Shown: positions 20,721-34,083, numbered from the stretch's first letter. The stretch is 64,000 nt of DNA from an uncultured Candidatus Rokubacteria bacterium (GCA_963754315.1 CAVWFS010000007.1:256001-320000), one strand, 5' to 3'. Numbers and translations: made by a program. Notes: a model not told the origin generated them from the sequence alone.

Positions 20721-21687
20721 CGCATCTCGAAGACGATAGGGAGGCGAGCCCTGATCGTGCGGGGGACGAGATGCGGAGGAAACGGCAGGGGCGGCAGCTG
20801 CTTCACGGATTCCAGCACGGCCGCGTCGAGTATGCCGTGCGAGGATGATTCGACCAGCTTGACCCCTCCCACGGCACCACTCGGTTCGATGAGGATCTCG
20901 ATCCGCACGGTGCCCGTGAGGCTCCGTCGGCGGGCCGCGAGCGGATAGGGAGGGACGCTTTCGTGAATCCGCGTCCGCCAGAGAGTCAGGTAGGGGCCGT
21001 ACTCGGGTCCAACGCCACCGCCTCCTCCGCCCCTGGCCGCGAGTGCCGAGTTGCCGACCTCCGTCAGCGGTCGGAGGGCCCGCACCGCTGGCCGCGCGGC
21101 CCTCGCCGCCATGGGTGGTTTTGCCATCGGCGCCGCCGGGAACCCCGGGCATGAGGGCTCGAACGTCCGCGCCGGGCCCGCGGCCTGTACCTTCCCCTGT
21201 TCCTCCGGTGCTGCCAGCAGGTGGCGCAGCGGTAGGCGTGTCGCTGCTGGGGCGAACCGGGTCAACCAACATGGGCGCTCCGGATACGGCGATCGGCTCG
21301 TGTCGATCCGCTGCTCTGCCTGCCGGCTCCGACCGCGCAACGATAGAACGCTCACCGCTCCTCGCGGGGGTTGGCAAGCCCATGCGGAGCGTCTCGCGGG
21401 TTGGCGCCGGCTCCTCCTTCGGATATGGCTCGCGACGGGGCACCAAAGAAACGCCCTGAGGCTCGAGATCTGGCCGTGGGTCGGGCCGTTGGCGCCCGCT
21501 GGCCAGGAGATCGCGATTCGGGGCTGGAAGGAGGAGCCGGCGCGCTGACCTCCGGATCCGCCGTCAGGTCGACCAACAGGATGGGCAGCACCGAGTTGCG
21601 GTAGAGCAGATAGGCGACCGTGAGCAGACACACCCCGTGGACGATGATGGACAGAGGAACGCTCAGGAGCCAATCGCGACGCCTCAC
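20717..21687 (-). CDS. tonB: Energy transducer TonB (frameshifted)
   Basis: N-terminal TM with SIIVHG, Pro/Ala-rich linker, C-terminal YPLAARRRSLTGTV...SSSHGILDAA. Confidence 0.8.
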
Positions 21688-22365
21688 GGGTGCCTGGCCA
21701 TCCACGCTCGCACGCCGCCGCCGAGCGCTCGGTGAGTCAAGTGGGCGACCAGCGCGCCCAGGCTGCTGATGGGCCCGCCGAATTCCACGGCGCGCCCGCG
21801 GCCGGTGGCGGCGATGACGACCGCGTCGGTCGATGTGCCGCTGGCCAACCGCCCGTTGGCACACCGCAATCCCGCCTCTCTCAGCGCCGCCGTCTTGACC
21901 TCGGTCACCGTGATCACGAGATTCACGAGGGCAGCCGGGCTAGGGATCGCGTCCACCACGACGATTGTGTTGATGGTCGAGGGGGCGTGGGCCTCCGCCA
22001 CCACGCTCGTCCCGGCCTCGATCGGGTTGCCGAGGCCCACGCTCACGAGGGCCAGAACCCGCAGGTCGTCGGCCTCCTCGAACGCGACCTCCGTGTGCTG
22101 GGTCCAGGCCGAGGTGCAGAGCCCAACATAGGGCGAGGGCAACGCGCGCCGCGCCACGAAGTCGGCGAGGGCGGCCTCCCACCCCGAGGTTGTTCCTCGA
22201 GGTGGCGGCTGCCAGTCCTTCGGCACGTGGAGATTGACGATCGTGCGCGCGGCGCCGAGCCCTCCTCCCACGAGGGCGGATGACACGACGGTGAGTGCCT
22301 CGCGGAATCGTCACGACAACCGCTTCGGCGCTCACCTCGTGCTGGACACCCTCGATCATGGTCAC
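21684..22365 (-). CDS. cbiZ: Adenosylcobinamide amidohydrolase (frameshift at ~22295)
   Basis: SSALVGGG, VGLCTSA, SVGLGN, STINTIV, TEVK and ASGTSTDAV, matching CbiZ motifs; cob operon context. Confidence 0.85.
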
Positions 22366-24287
22366 TGCAGATATGCGCGCAGACCGACCATGGCGTTGAT
22401 GCCGAGAGCGGGGAAACCGAGCACCTCGTCATAACTCTGATTGGTGAGGTTCTGTATCCTCAGGGTCGCTTCCAGCCGGTTGAGCATCCCATGGCGGCCA
22501 AGCAGCAGGAGGGTTCCGCCGGTGTCGATCCGGAAGTATCCGGGATTGCGTCCGGCGAACGATGACTCGAGCTGGCTCGAGAGCACGTTGGCCTGCATGA
22601 AGAGGGTGAGACGGCTGAACGGCGTCACCGTGACCCCGGCGTTGATGGTGTTGCGAGGGACGCGGCGCAGCTCATCTCCGGTGTCGAGATTCGGTAGCGT
22701 CCAGGTACATGTAGGTGGCGTAGAAGCCGAGCCAGTCGAACGGGTCAAAGTTCGCGTAGGACTCCATGCCCTGGATGCGAGCGCGGCCAACGTTCTCGGG
22801 TATGAAGAGAAGGGTGGCGGGATCGAAGGCGAACTGGATCAGGTTACGGAAGTCGTTGTGGAAATAGGTCGCCCCGAATCGAATGCGGTCCTTCCACAGG
22901 CGCTGGTCGAAGCCGATCTCCCAGCTCGTGCTTTCCTCGGGCTTGAGGTTCGAATTGGAGAAGCCGGGGAAGAAGAGGTCATTGATGGTCGGCGCCCGGA
23001 ATCCCTGCCCCCACGCGAAGCGTAGCTTGCTGCCCGTCTCCTTGATGACGAGGGCGGCCGAGGCGCGTCCCGTGAGGCTCGTCCCGAATTGACTGTTGTC
23101 CTCCCAGCGCAGGCCCCCGCCGAGGAAGATCCGATCGAAGAGGCTGACCTCGTCCTGACCGAAGAAGGCCAACGTGTTCAACGTTGTCGAGAAGTCGGTG
23201 GGGAAGGTTCCTCGGGTGACGTTCGTGCCCGATTCGCTGCGGTACTCCCAGCCGAGGGTCAAGGTATTCCACTTTGGAATCGTGAACGTGCTGAGCAGGT
23301 CGGCCTGCAGCCGCTGGGTGTCAATCTGCTCGAGGATGATGTCCGTCCCGGGAGGTGGCCGATTCTGAAAGCCGGACGATGTTGAACCATTGGCCGACGC
23401 TGGCCTTCATGTCCCACCACTCGAAGATCTTTTGCGTGTAGACGAGATTGTAGAGACCGTTCGTCCTCTGGCTCTTCGAATTGGGATCGAGGACGGTGGG
23501 AGACGTCGAGAAGATGGGCAGCTCGAGGTCGAGATACGAGTAGCGACCCGTGAGCGATAGCTCGCCGCGCCACGGAAAGTCGTAGCCGACCCGGCCCGAG
23601 ACCGACGTCTGGCCCGTGTCGTCGTTGGGCAGATTGCCGTTGGTGTTGAACTGACTGCCCGTCAGGTTGAAGTTGAAGCCCCCGTAGGCGCCCTGCACGT
23701 TGACCTGCTCGCGGAAGGTCGTGTAGTTGCCGCCCTCGACCCACACCTTGGCGCTGGGCGGCCCCTGGCCCTTCTTGGTGATGATGTTGACGACCCCGGT
23801 AATGGCATCGGCGCCGTAGAGCGTCGACTGTGGTCCCCGGACGATTTCGATCCGGTCGATCGAGTCGATGGTGATCTCCGACAGATCGGTGGCGCCGAGG
23901 GTCGGGCTGCCGGTACGCAGACCATCCACGAGCACGATGGCGCGCTGCGATCCACCGCCACGGATGCTGATGCTGGTGGACTTGCCGGGGGTCCCCGTGG
24001 TTTGCACATTGACGCCCGGCACTTGCCGGAGCACGTCCGGCAGCTGATCGTAGTTGTACTGCGTGATCTCGTCGCCGGTGACCACGCTGACGGTGGCCCC
24101 GATTCGCTCCTGAGGCGTGGCCACCATCGTCGCCGTCACCACCACGGGATCCAGCCGTCGGGCTTCCTCGGTCGTCGTCCTCCGCCGAGGGGACGGTCTC
24201 CGTGGGCTTCTCGATCTGGATGTCCTGGGCCAGGCCCAGGAGGGGCCAGGCCAGCGCGAGCAGCACAATCATCGAGAGTCGCCACAT
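22362..24287 (-). CDS. btuB: TonB-dependent cobalamin receptor (several frameshifts)
   Basis: Signal peptide, VVVTAT TonB box, IDRIEIVRGPQSTLYGADA plug, FRAPT and NLKPE; directly behind a cobalamin riboswitch. Confidence 0.88.
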
Positions 24288-24334
24288 GGTCCACTCCTTC
24301 TTGCGCGAAAGGGTTGGGATGCCAAGGGCCTCGA

Positions 24335-24510
24335 GGCAGGTCTCCTGACTCGTGGATCAGCGCGAGCGTCCTCACCTTCCCATCCGCACCGCGGACAGTG
24401 GCTCCGTCGAACGGACCTGGACGTCGCTCCCCACACACAGTGGCGCGACCGTGCCGGCTTGAGCTCGTCGAGCCGTACCGGCTTCCCTCACCGCGAGGCC
24501 GTCATGTCAA
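24335..24510 (-). ncRNA. Cobalamin riboswitch (internal, in front of btuB)
   Basis: AGGGAAGCCGGT...GCCGGCACGGTCGCGCCACTGT...GCCACTG...GGGAAGG...AGTCAGGAGACCTGC B12 box. Confidence 0.9.
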
Positions 24511-24521
24511 CTCGAGCGCGA

Positions 24522-25340
24522 TCACCCCCTCTCCGGCCACGTCACCTGCACCTGCAGGCGGCCGTGGGCGAGCGACCGCTCCACCAAGACCGGACAGCCA
24601 TAGACAGTACGCAGCAGCGACTCCTCCAGAACTTCAGCAGGGGGCCCCAGACGCGCGATCCGCCCCTCGGCGAGCAGCACGAGGCGATCGCATAGCTGAG
24701 CGGCCAGGGTGAGATCGTGGGAGACGAGGAGCACGCTGGTGCCGCGCTCGCGGTTCACCCGCGCGAGGAGCGTCGCACACTCCATCTGGTACCGCAGATC
24801 GAGATGGGCGGTGGGTTCGTCGAGGATCAGGAGCCTCGGCTGCTGGGCAAGGGCACGCGCGAGCATGGCCCGCTGGCGTTCACCCCCGCTGAGGATCTCG
24901 ACCGGCAGCGATGCCAGCTCCAGCACGCCGGTGGCGGCCATGGCTTCTCGCGCGATGGCCACGTCCTCCTCGCGCTCGAAGAACCGTCCGGGGGCGTGCG
25001 GATAGCGGCCCATCAACACGAGCTGCTCGACCGAGAACCGGAGAGCCGGTGGGGCCTCCTGCGGCACCACCGCCAGCTGACAGGCCAACTCCCAGGCGCT
25101 GAGACTCGTCAGGGCGCGACCGCTCAGCACGATCTGCCCGGCTGACGGGGCGAGCACCCGGGTCATGAGTCGGATCAGTGTGGTCTTCCCGGCGCTGTTC
25201 GGGCCGATCACACCCAGGATCTCCCCGGGTGCGATCACGAAGGAGACGCTGGACATCGTGAAGGGGCGTGCCCGTCGCCCGGCCGCTCCTGGATACGCGA
25301 ACCCGACACCGTGAAGCTCGAGCACGGAGGTCGACGTCAT
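24522..25340 (-). CDS. btuD: Cobalamin/iron-chelate ABC transporter ATPase
   Basis: GPNSAGKT, LSGGERQR, LDEPTAHLD and SHDL. Confidence 0.88.
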   Translation of the reverse strand: MTSTSVLELHGVGFAYPGAAGRRARPFTMSSVSFVIAPGEILGVIGPNSAGKTTLIRLMTRVLAPSAGQIVLSGRALTSLSAWELACQLAVVPQEAPPALRFSVEQLVLMGRYPHAPGRFFEREEDVAIAREAMAATGVLELASLPVEILSGGERQRAMLARALAQQPRLLILDEPTAHLDLRYQMECATLLARVNRERGTSVLLVSHDLTLAAQLCDRLVLLAEGRIARLGPPAEVLEESLLRTVYGCPVLVERSLAHGRLQVQVTWPERG

Positions 25341-26356
25341 ACGAGCGTTCGTGCCCGCGTACGCAGCAAGTACACGAAGAAGGGAGCGCCACAGAACGAC
25401 GTGATCACTCCCACCGATAGCTCGGCGGGAGCCACGATGTTGCGCGCGACCGTATCGGCCACGAGCAGAAAGGCGCCACCGGCCACGAGGGCGGTGGGCA
25501 CGAGCAGTCGATTGTCTTGACCGAGCCAGCCCCGGAGGAGATGGGGCACGATGAGGCCCACGAAGCCGATCGGCCCTGCGAAGGCCACCACCGTCGCGGT
25601 CAACAGCGCGGCGCCCACGAAGATGCGGCGCTTGAGGCGTTCGGCGGCCACACCCATCTGGCGCGCCGTCTCCTCGCCGAGGGCAAACAGGTTCAGGGCC
25701 CTCGCCTGCCCGAGAATCAGCCAGAACCCTACAGCCACCAAGAGCGCGAAGACCACGAGCGGTCCCGGCGGAACCGGGGCCAGGTTGCCGAAGAGCCAGT
25801 GGACGACGCCGCCGAGGCGATTCAAGTCGATCACCGAGATGAGCACGGTGATGGCGGACGAGAAGAAGATCCCGACGATCACGCCGGACAGGAGCAAGGT
25901 CTGAATGGACAGGACGCTTCCCGCCGAGGCGATCGTGTAGACGGCCGCCGCCGCCACCAGGGCCCCCGCGAACGCGAGCGCCGTGAGTCCGAGCGCGGCC
26001 AGAATCGTCGATCCCAGGCCAAACATCTGCCCGGTGACAACACCAAAGGCGGCGCCGGCTGATACGCCGAGAATGGCCGGCTCGGCGAGGGGGTTTCGGG
26101 TCAGCGCCTGGAAGCCCACCCCCGCCACGGCCAGCGACCCGCCCGCGAGGACTGCAGCGATGATCCGGGGCAGCCGCAGACTGAGCGTCACTGCGCTCTC
26201 GATGGACTCCGGAGCGGCGCGCCCTGTCAGCGCGCGGACGACGCCCTCCGGCGAGACGGGCGCGCTGCCGAGAAACAAGGCCACGAACGCCAGGGCGAGG
26301 AGGAACGCGCAGAGGGGGAACAGCAGGAGCGCCAGCCGTCCGGCGGTAGGCAGCAC
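25337..26356 (-). CDS. btuC: Cobalamin ABC transporter permease (FecCD family)
   Basis: LRLPR, RNPLAEP, GVSAGA, IGFVGLIVPH and GAPFF; start GTG ~26356. Confidence 0.9.
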   Translation of the reverse strand: MLPTAGRLALLLFPLCAFLLALAFVALFLGSAPVSPEGVVRALTGRAAPESIESAVTLSLRLPRIIAAVLAGGSLAVAGVGFQALTRNPLAEPAILGVSAGAAFGVVTGQMFGLGSTILAALGLTALAFAGALVAAAAVYTIASAGSVLSIQTLLLSGVIVGIFFSSAITVLISVIDLNRLGGVVHWLFGNLAPVPPGPLVVFALLVAVGFWLILGQARALNLFALGEETARQMGVAAERLKRRIFVGAALLTATVVAFAGPIGFVGLIVPHLLRGWLGQDNRLLVPTALVAGGAFLLVADTVARNIVAPAELSVGVITSFCGAPFFVYLLRTRARTLV

Positions 26357-27246
26357 TACTTGAAGGCCTCCGGATGGATGGCCCGGGCGATCTGGGCGAG
26401 CCCGTCGATCATTCGCGGTCCGTAGCGGTGCATGAGATCCCCGTCGACCGCATGCAGTCGGCCGGACTTGATGGCCGGCAAGCCCGCGAGCCGCTCCCAC
26501 TTGTCCTTGACGGTGGCGCCCGTGCGCGAGCCGTGACTGGCGAGCAAGATCACCTCGGGCGCCGCCGCCACCGCAGCCTCCAGGCTGTAGCGCGGATAGG
26601 CGTCTCCGTCGACGGCCGTGACGCTGCGTCCGCCCGCGATCTCGATCAGCTCCGTCACGAGGGCATGGCGACCCGGCACGATGAGAGGCTCGGGCCAGAG
26701 CACGTAGAGGACGCGGGGCGCGCGGAACGGCTGTACGCGAGCGCGGATCCTTGCGATGCGCTCGTTCATCTGGGCCACCAGCGCGGCCACCGCATGCGGG
26801 CGCCCCGTCAGCTCACCGATGCGCGCAACGAGATCGAACACCTCGCCCACGCGGTCGGCGTTGACGATGTAGGTCGGGAGCCCCAGTCGCCGGAGCTGCA
26901 AGAACGTCTCTTCGCGATTTCCGGCCGTGGTGGCCACCACCAGATCAGCCCGCAACGCCGTGATGGCCTCGAGGCTAGGCGAGACCATTCCCCCCACGCT
27001 CGGCTTGTGGAGCGCGGCCGGCGGATAGTCGCAGAAGTCAGTCCGGCCGACGAGACGGTCCTCCCCCCCGAGGGCGTAGATCAGCTCGGTGACGCTCGGT
27101 ACGAGAGAGACGATGCGGGTCGGAGGTCCGGCGAGGGTGACCTCGCGGCCGGTCATATCGCGATACGTGAGGGCGAACGTGGGCCTCGCCGTGACGAGGC
27201 AGAGTAACGCGAGCAAGGCCACTCGAACCGTCGTCGACGGCCTCAT
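26356..27246 (-). CDS. btuF: Cobalamin-binding periplasmic protein
   Basis: Signal peptide, RIVSLVPSVTE, CDYP and RYGPR. Confidence 0.9.
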   Translation of the reverse strand: MRPSTTVRVALLALLCLVTARPTFALTYRDMTGREVTLAGPPTRIVSLVPSVTELIYALGGEDRLVGRTDFCDYPPAALHKPSVGGMVSPSLEAITALRADLVVATTAGNREETFLQLRRLGLPTYIVNADRVGEVFDLVARIGELTGRPHAVAALVAQMNERIARIRARVQPFRAPRVLYVLWPEPLIVPGRHALVTELIEIAGGRSVTAVDGDAYPRYSLEAAVAAAPEVILLASHGSRTGATVKDKWERLAGLPAIKSGRLHAVDGDLMHRYGPRMIDGLAQIARAIHPEAFK

Positions 27247-27253
27247 CGTCCCC

Positions 27254-28315
27254 TCACTGCGGGCCGTCGACACCAGCCGCCTTGAACGTGGCCATCTCCG
27301 CGTAGATTCGGGCTGCGGCTCGCGCCAGATGGATGAAGAGGGCCGCCCCCGTGCCCTCGCCGAGCCGCAGCGAGAGATCGAGATAGGGCGCCAGACCGAG
27401 GTGTCGGAGGGCCACGGCGTGTCCAGGCTCGGCAGAGTGGTGAGCCGCGAAGAGCACCCCGCCTACGGCCGGAGCCACGGTAGCGGCCAGCAGGGCGGCG
27501 GCCGTGGCGATGAATCCATCGATGACGACCGGCACTCGTTCGGCGGCGCCGACCAGCATCACGCCCGCCAGGCCTCCGATCTCGAAACCGCCCACCTTGG
27601 CGAGCACGTCAACGGCATCCCTGCGATCCGGCCGATTGCGATCGAGGGCCCGCTCGACGACCTGAACTTTGTGCCGCCACCCGGCCTCGTCGATACCAGT
27701 TCCCCGTCCGGTGACGGCCGCCGGCGGCGCGCCCGTGATGGCGGCGGTGATGGCGCTGGCAGCGGTGGTGTTCCCGATGCCCATTTCTCCCGTCCCGAGC
27801 AGATCGGCGCCCTCGGCGATAGCCGCCGCCGCCAGCGATGCCCCTGCCTCCAAGGCTTGCAGCGCTTGTGGACGGCTCATGGCCGGGCCCCGCGCCATGT
27901 TGGCGGTACCGGCGCCGATCCGGCAGTCCACGAGCCCTGGGGAGCTGACAAGGGGGTTGACGACGCCGAAGTCGGCCACCACCACGCGCGCATTGGCGTC
28001 TCGCGCGAGAACGTTGATCGCGGCGCCGCCGCGCAGGAAGTTCTCCACCATCTGTCCCGTGACGCTCTGGGGATAGGCGCTCACGCGCTCCGCCACGACG
28101 CCATGGTCCGCGGCGAAGGTGAAGAGGACTGGTCGCTCCACGTGCGGCGTGCCGCCGCTCAGCACGGCGAGCCGCCACGCGATCTCCTCCAGACGTCCCA
28201 GGCTGCCCGGAGGTTTGGTCAGGCTGTCCAGATGTCGTTGGACGGCCTCGCCCGCCGCGAGATCCAGCGGTACGATCCGCTCAACCAGCCTGGACAGTCG
28301 AGATGGGAGACTCAT
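27254..28315 (-). CDS. cobT: Nicotinate-nucleotide-dimethylbenzimidazole phosphoribosyltransferase
   Basis: TKPPGSLGRLE, AADHG, GEMGIGNTT and LRLGEGTGA. Confidence 0.96.
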   Translation of the reverse strand: MSLPSRLSRLVERIVPLDLAAGEAVQRHLDSLTKPPGSLGRLEEIAWRLAVLSGGTPHVERPVLFTFAADHGVVAERVSAYPQSVTGQMVENFLRGGAAINVLARDANARVVVADFGVVNPLVSSPGLVDCRIGAGTANMARGPAMSRPQALQALEAGASLAAAAIAEGADLLGTGEMGIGNTTAASAITAAITGAPPAAVTGRGTGIDEAGWRHKVQVVERALDRNRPDRRDAVDVLAKVGGFEIGGLAGVMLVGAAERVPVVIDGFIATAAALLAATVAPAVGGVLFAAHHSAEPGHAVALRHLGLAPYLDLSLRLGEGTGAALFIHLARAAARIYAEMATFKAAGVDGPQ

Positions 28316-28839
28316 GCGGCGGCACTTTCACATCCAGGGGAAGACCGGCGACCATGAGGACCACCCGGTCGGCCGCGGCCGCGACCCGCTGGTTCACGAG
28401 GCCGAGGAGATCCCGGAAGCGGAGGCCATCTTTCGAGTCAGGGTGGATTCCCTCGCCGACTTCGTTGGAGACAACGCTGAGCGCGCAGGGACGGCGACGA
28501 ATCAGGGCGGCCAGGGCATCGGTCTCGGCCAGGATGTCCTCATCACGGTCACCGCGCAGCATGCGATTGGCGGCCCACACGGTGAGGCAATCGACGAGGA
28601 CGGCGTCGGCGGCGCGCACGATGGCGGTCAGGCGCGCCACCAGATCGAACGGCTCCTCCACCGTCGTCCAGGCGGGAGGGCGCTCCGCCCGGTGGCGGGC
28701 GATGCGCGCCGCCATGTCGAGATCGCCCGGCTTGGGCGGTCGCGACAAACGTGACGCGACCGCGCGAGGGCTGACGGGCCAACGCGAAGCGGCTCTTGCC
28801 GCTGCGTGCGCCCCCGAGAACAAACAGCGAAGGCACCAT
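28281..28839 (-). CDS. cobU: Adenosylcobinamide kinase/guanylyltransferase (frameshift at ~28730)
   Basis: GGARSGKS, RIARHR, VDCLT, SNEVG and AGLP. Confidence 0.92.
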
Positions 28840-28883
28840 GAGCCCCGACCCTCCCGCGAAGACCGGTATAGTGAAAGGCGCGC

Positions 28884-29037
28884 GGGCAGGTCTCCTGGCT
28901 CACGGATCGTCCTACTCCCCGCGCCTTCCCAGCCCTGCGGCCAGTGACTCTTGCGGGTTTCGTCCCCGATTACAGTGACGGGGTCGCGGCGGTCTCTCAC
29001 CGCCTTCCCTGGGCCCCTGAGGGGCATCCCGGACGCC
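28884..29037 (-). ncRNA. Cobalamin riboswitch (operon leader)
   Basis: AGGGAAGGCGGTGAGAGACCGCCGCGACCCCGTCACTGTAA...GTCACTG...GGGAAGG...AGCCAGGAGACCTGCC. Confidence 0.93.
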
Positions 29038-29048
29038 GACGCGGACGC

Positions 29049-29077
29049 ACGGTAGCAGAATTAGCAGGCGGTCGCAA
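29049..29077 (-). promoter_or_regulatory. Sigma70 promoter of the cob/btu operon
   Basis: TTGCGA-17 nt-TACCGT with TG extension, just upstream of the riboswitch. Confidence 0.6.
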
Positions 29078-29080
29078 GAA

Positions 29081-29089
29081 TGGTACGAT
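29081..29089 (+). promoter_or_regulatory. Extended -10 promoter (leaderless) for the antitoxin stub and kinase operon
   Basis: TG-G-TACGAT 7 nt before ATG 29097. Confidence 0.55.
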
Positions 29090-29096
29090 CACTGCG

Positions 29097-29158
29097 ATGC
29101 GCACTACCATCGACTCAGCTGGTCGCTTGGTCATACCGAAAGGTCTGACGCACTCCTC

Positions 29159-29162
<4 letters not shown>
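29097..29162 (+). pseudogene. Truncated AbrB/MazE/SpoVT-family (VapB-like) antitoxin N-terminus, 21 codons
   Basis: MRTTIDSAGRLVIPK, then GLTHSS-stop; the TGA overlaps the kinase GTG (GTGA). Confidence 0.7.
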
Positions 29163-32118
<2,956 letters not shown>

Positions 32119-32134
<16 letters not shown>

Positions 32135-32508
32135 TCCTGATCGTCGAGGACAATGACAAGAACCGTAAGCTCGTGCGCGATGTGCTCACCTACCGTGGAT
32201 ACCGTATCGCCGAGGCAGAGACGGGCGAGGACGGTGTGCGGCTGGCGCGGGAACTTCGCCCCGACCTCGTGCTCATGGATATCCAGCTGCCAGGGATGGA
32301 CGGCATCGCAGCCCTGCGCGAACTCCGGGCGGACACGACCACCCGCAGCATCCCGGTCATGGCCGTCACCGCCTCCGCCATGACCCACGATCGCCAGAAG
32401 ATCATGGCGGCCGGCTTCGACGGCTACCAGAGCAAGCCCATCAGCGTGCGCGAGTTCACCTCCGCGGTGCAGGCCCTGCTCGGACGGGCCGGAGGAGCCT
32501 CGACGTGA
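32119..32508 (+). CDS. Single-domain response regulator (DivK/CheY-like)
   Basis: Start MANELILIVEDN; LMDIQLPGMDG, VTA and SKP. Confidence 0.93.
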
Positions 32509-33605
32509 GTGATCCTGCGCGCCTGCTGGTCGTTGACGACACGCCCGTCAACGTGAAGCTGCTCGCCGACCTCCTCGGAGCCAAGGGCTACGCGGTCGCC
32601 ACCGCGGCCTCGGGGCCGGAGGCGCTCGCTCACATCGACAAGGAGCCGCCGGATCTGGTTCTGCTGGACGTGATGATGCCGGGCATGAGCGGGTACGACG
32701 TCTGTCGGAAGCTCCGCGAAAACCCCACGACGGCCCTGCTGCCCGTGGTGATGGTGACCGCGCTCGATCCGACCCAGGAACGAGTCAAAGGCATCGAGGC
32801 GGGCGCCGACGATTTCCTGACCAAGCCCATCAACCAGGCGGAGTTACTCGCCCGCGTCCGCTCGCTGCTGCGCATCAAGCAGCTGCACGACGAGCTGATG
32901 GAGCTCACCCGGTCGCTGGAGCAGCGAGTGCAGGAGCAGGTTGCCCAGCTGGAGCGGCTGGGGCGGCTCAAGCGCTTCTTCTCGCCCCATCTTGCCGAGC
33001 TGATCGTGGCCGGCGGCACCGAGGATCCCCTCCGGACCCATCGCCGTGAAATCACCGTGGTCTTCGTCGACCTCCGTGGCTTCACCGCGTTCGCCGAAAC
33101 GTCGGAGCCAGAGGAAGTGATGGGCATGCTTCGCGAATACCACGAAGCCATGGGCCAGCTGATCCTCGAGCACGAGGGAACTCTTGAGCGATTTACCGGG
33201 GATGGCATGATGATCTTCTTCAACGATCCCCTGCCCGTACCCAATCCTCCCGAGCGGGCGGTGCGCATGGCCCTCGGCATGCGCCACCGCGTGTCCGCCC
33301 TCAGCATGGGTTGGCGCAAACGCGGATGGGAGCTCGGCCTCGGCGTGGGCATCGCCCAGGGGTACGCGACCCTCGGCGCGATCGGCTTCGAGGGGCGCTG
33401 GGATTACGGCGCGATCGGCACCGTGACCAACCTGGCCGCCCGTCTGTGTGGTGAGGCGAAGCCAGGCCAGATCCTCATCTCGCAGCGGCTGGTTGCCACC
33501 ATCGATGGGCTGGTCGAGTGCGAGGCCGTCGGCGAGCTGACCCTCAAGGGGTTTCAGCGCCCCGTCACTGGGTTCAATATTCTCCGGGCAAAGGACGACC
33601 CATGA
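32505..33605 (+). CDS. Response regulator-class III nucleotide cyclase
   Basis: REC domain (VVDD, LLDVMMP, TKP) plus cyclase domain (FVDLRGFT, FTGDG, NLAARL). Confidence 0.93.
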   Translation: MSDPARLLVVDDTPVNVKLLADLLGAKGYAVATAASGPEALAHIDKEPPDLVLLDVMMPGMSGYDVCRKLRENPTTALLPVVMVTALDPTQERVKGIEAGADDFLTKPINQAELLARVRSLLRIKQLHDELMELTRSLEQRVQEQVAQLERLGRLKRFFSPHLAELIVAGGTEDPLRTHRREITVVFVDLRGFTAFAETSEPEEVMGMLREYHEAMGQLILEHEGTLERFTGDGMMIFFNDPLPVPNPPERAVRMALGMRHRVSALSMGWRKRGWELGLGVGIAQGYATLGAIGFEGRWDYGAIGTVTNLAARLCGEAKPGQILISQRLVATIDGLVECEAVGELTLKGFQRPVTGFNILRAKDDP

Positions 33606-34072
33606 CCGCTTCCGCCACCATCGTGATCAGCCAACTCGCCTCCGGGCCGACTCCACCGGCGGTGGCCAACACCACCTGGCCGAACCAGCTCCACACGCGG
33701 ATCGCGGATGTCGTGGGGCAGATGGGCTCGCCTCCCTGGTCCAAGCGACTCATCGCCGACGAGCGTCAGCTGGTAACGTTGATCGCAAGCCCGCCCGGCG
33801 GGGGCAACCGCCCACACTGGCACCGCGAATTCGATGAATGGTGGGTGGTCCTGGCCGGGCATCTCGAATGGGAACTGACGGGTGGAATCGTCGTCCGCGC
33901 GACCAAGGACGACGTGGTGTGGGTCCCGCGCGGTGCCGTACACCACATCCGCAACGTCGGCCACGACCTCTCGCTCCGCTTGGCGGTGGCCATGCCGCCC
34001 GCCATGCATTACTTTAGTTCCTGCGAGCAGTGTGGCTACACTGACGACGGGCCGCGCGAGTGGTGTGCGTGA
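33602..34072 (+). CDS. Cupin-domain protein
   Basis: PHWHREFDEW...VPRGAVHHIRN cupin motifs, C-terminal CEQC; ATG overlaps the cyclase stop. Confidence 0.85.
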   Translation: MTASATIVISQLASGPTPPAVANTTWPNQLHTRIADVVGQMGSPPWSKRLIADERQLVTLIASPPGGGNRPHWHREFDEWWVVLAGHLEWELTGGIVVRATKDDVVWVPRGAVHHIRNVGHDLSLRLAVAMPPAMHYFSSCEQCGYTDDGPREWCA

Positions 34073-34083
34073 GGTTCTTATGT

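Noticed and set aside
22362..24287. btuB and other split genes as pseudogenes or programmed frameshifts
   Set aside because: No consistent slippery motif, and a similar indel rate affects essential genes
24505..24510. Perfect TTGACA upstream of btuB
   Set aside because: No -10 element at 16-18 nt, and it lies at the 5' edge of the riboswitch aptamer
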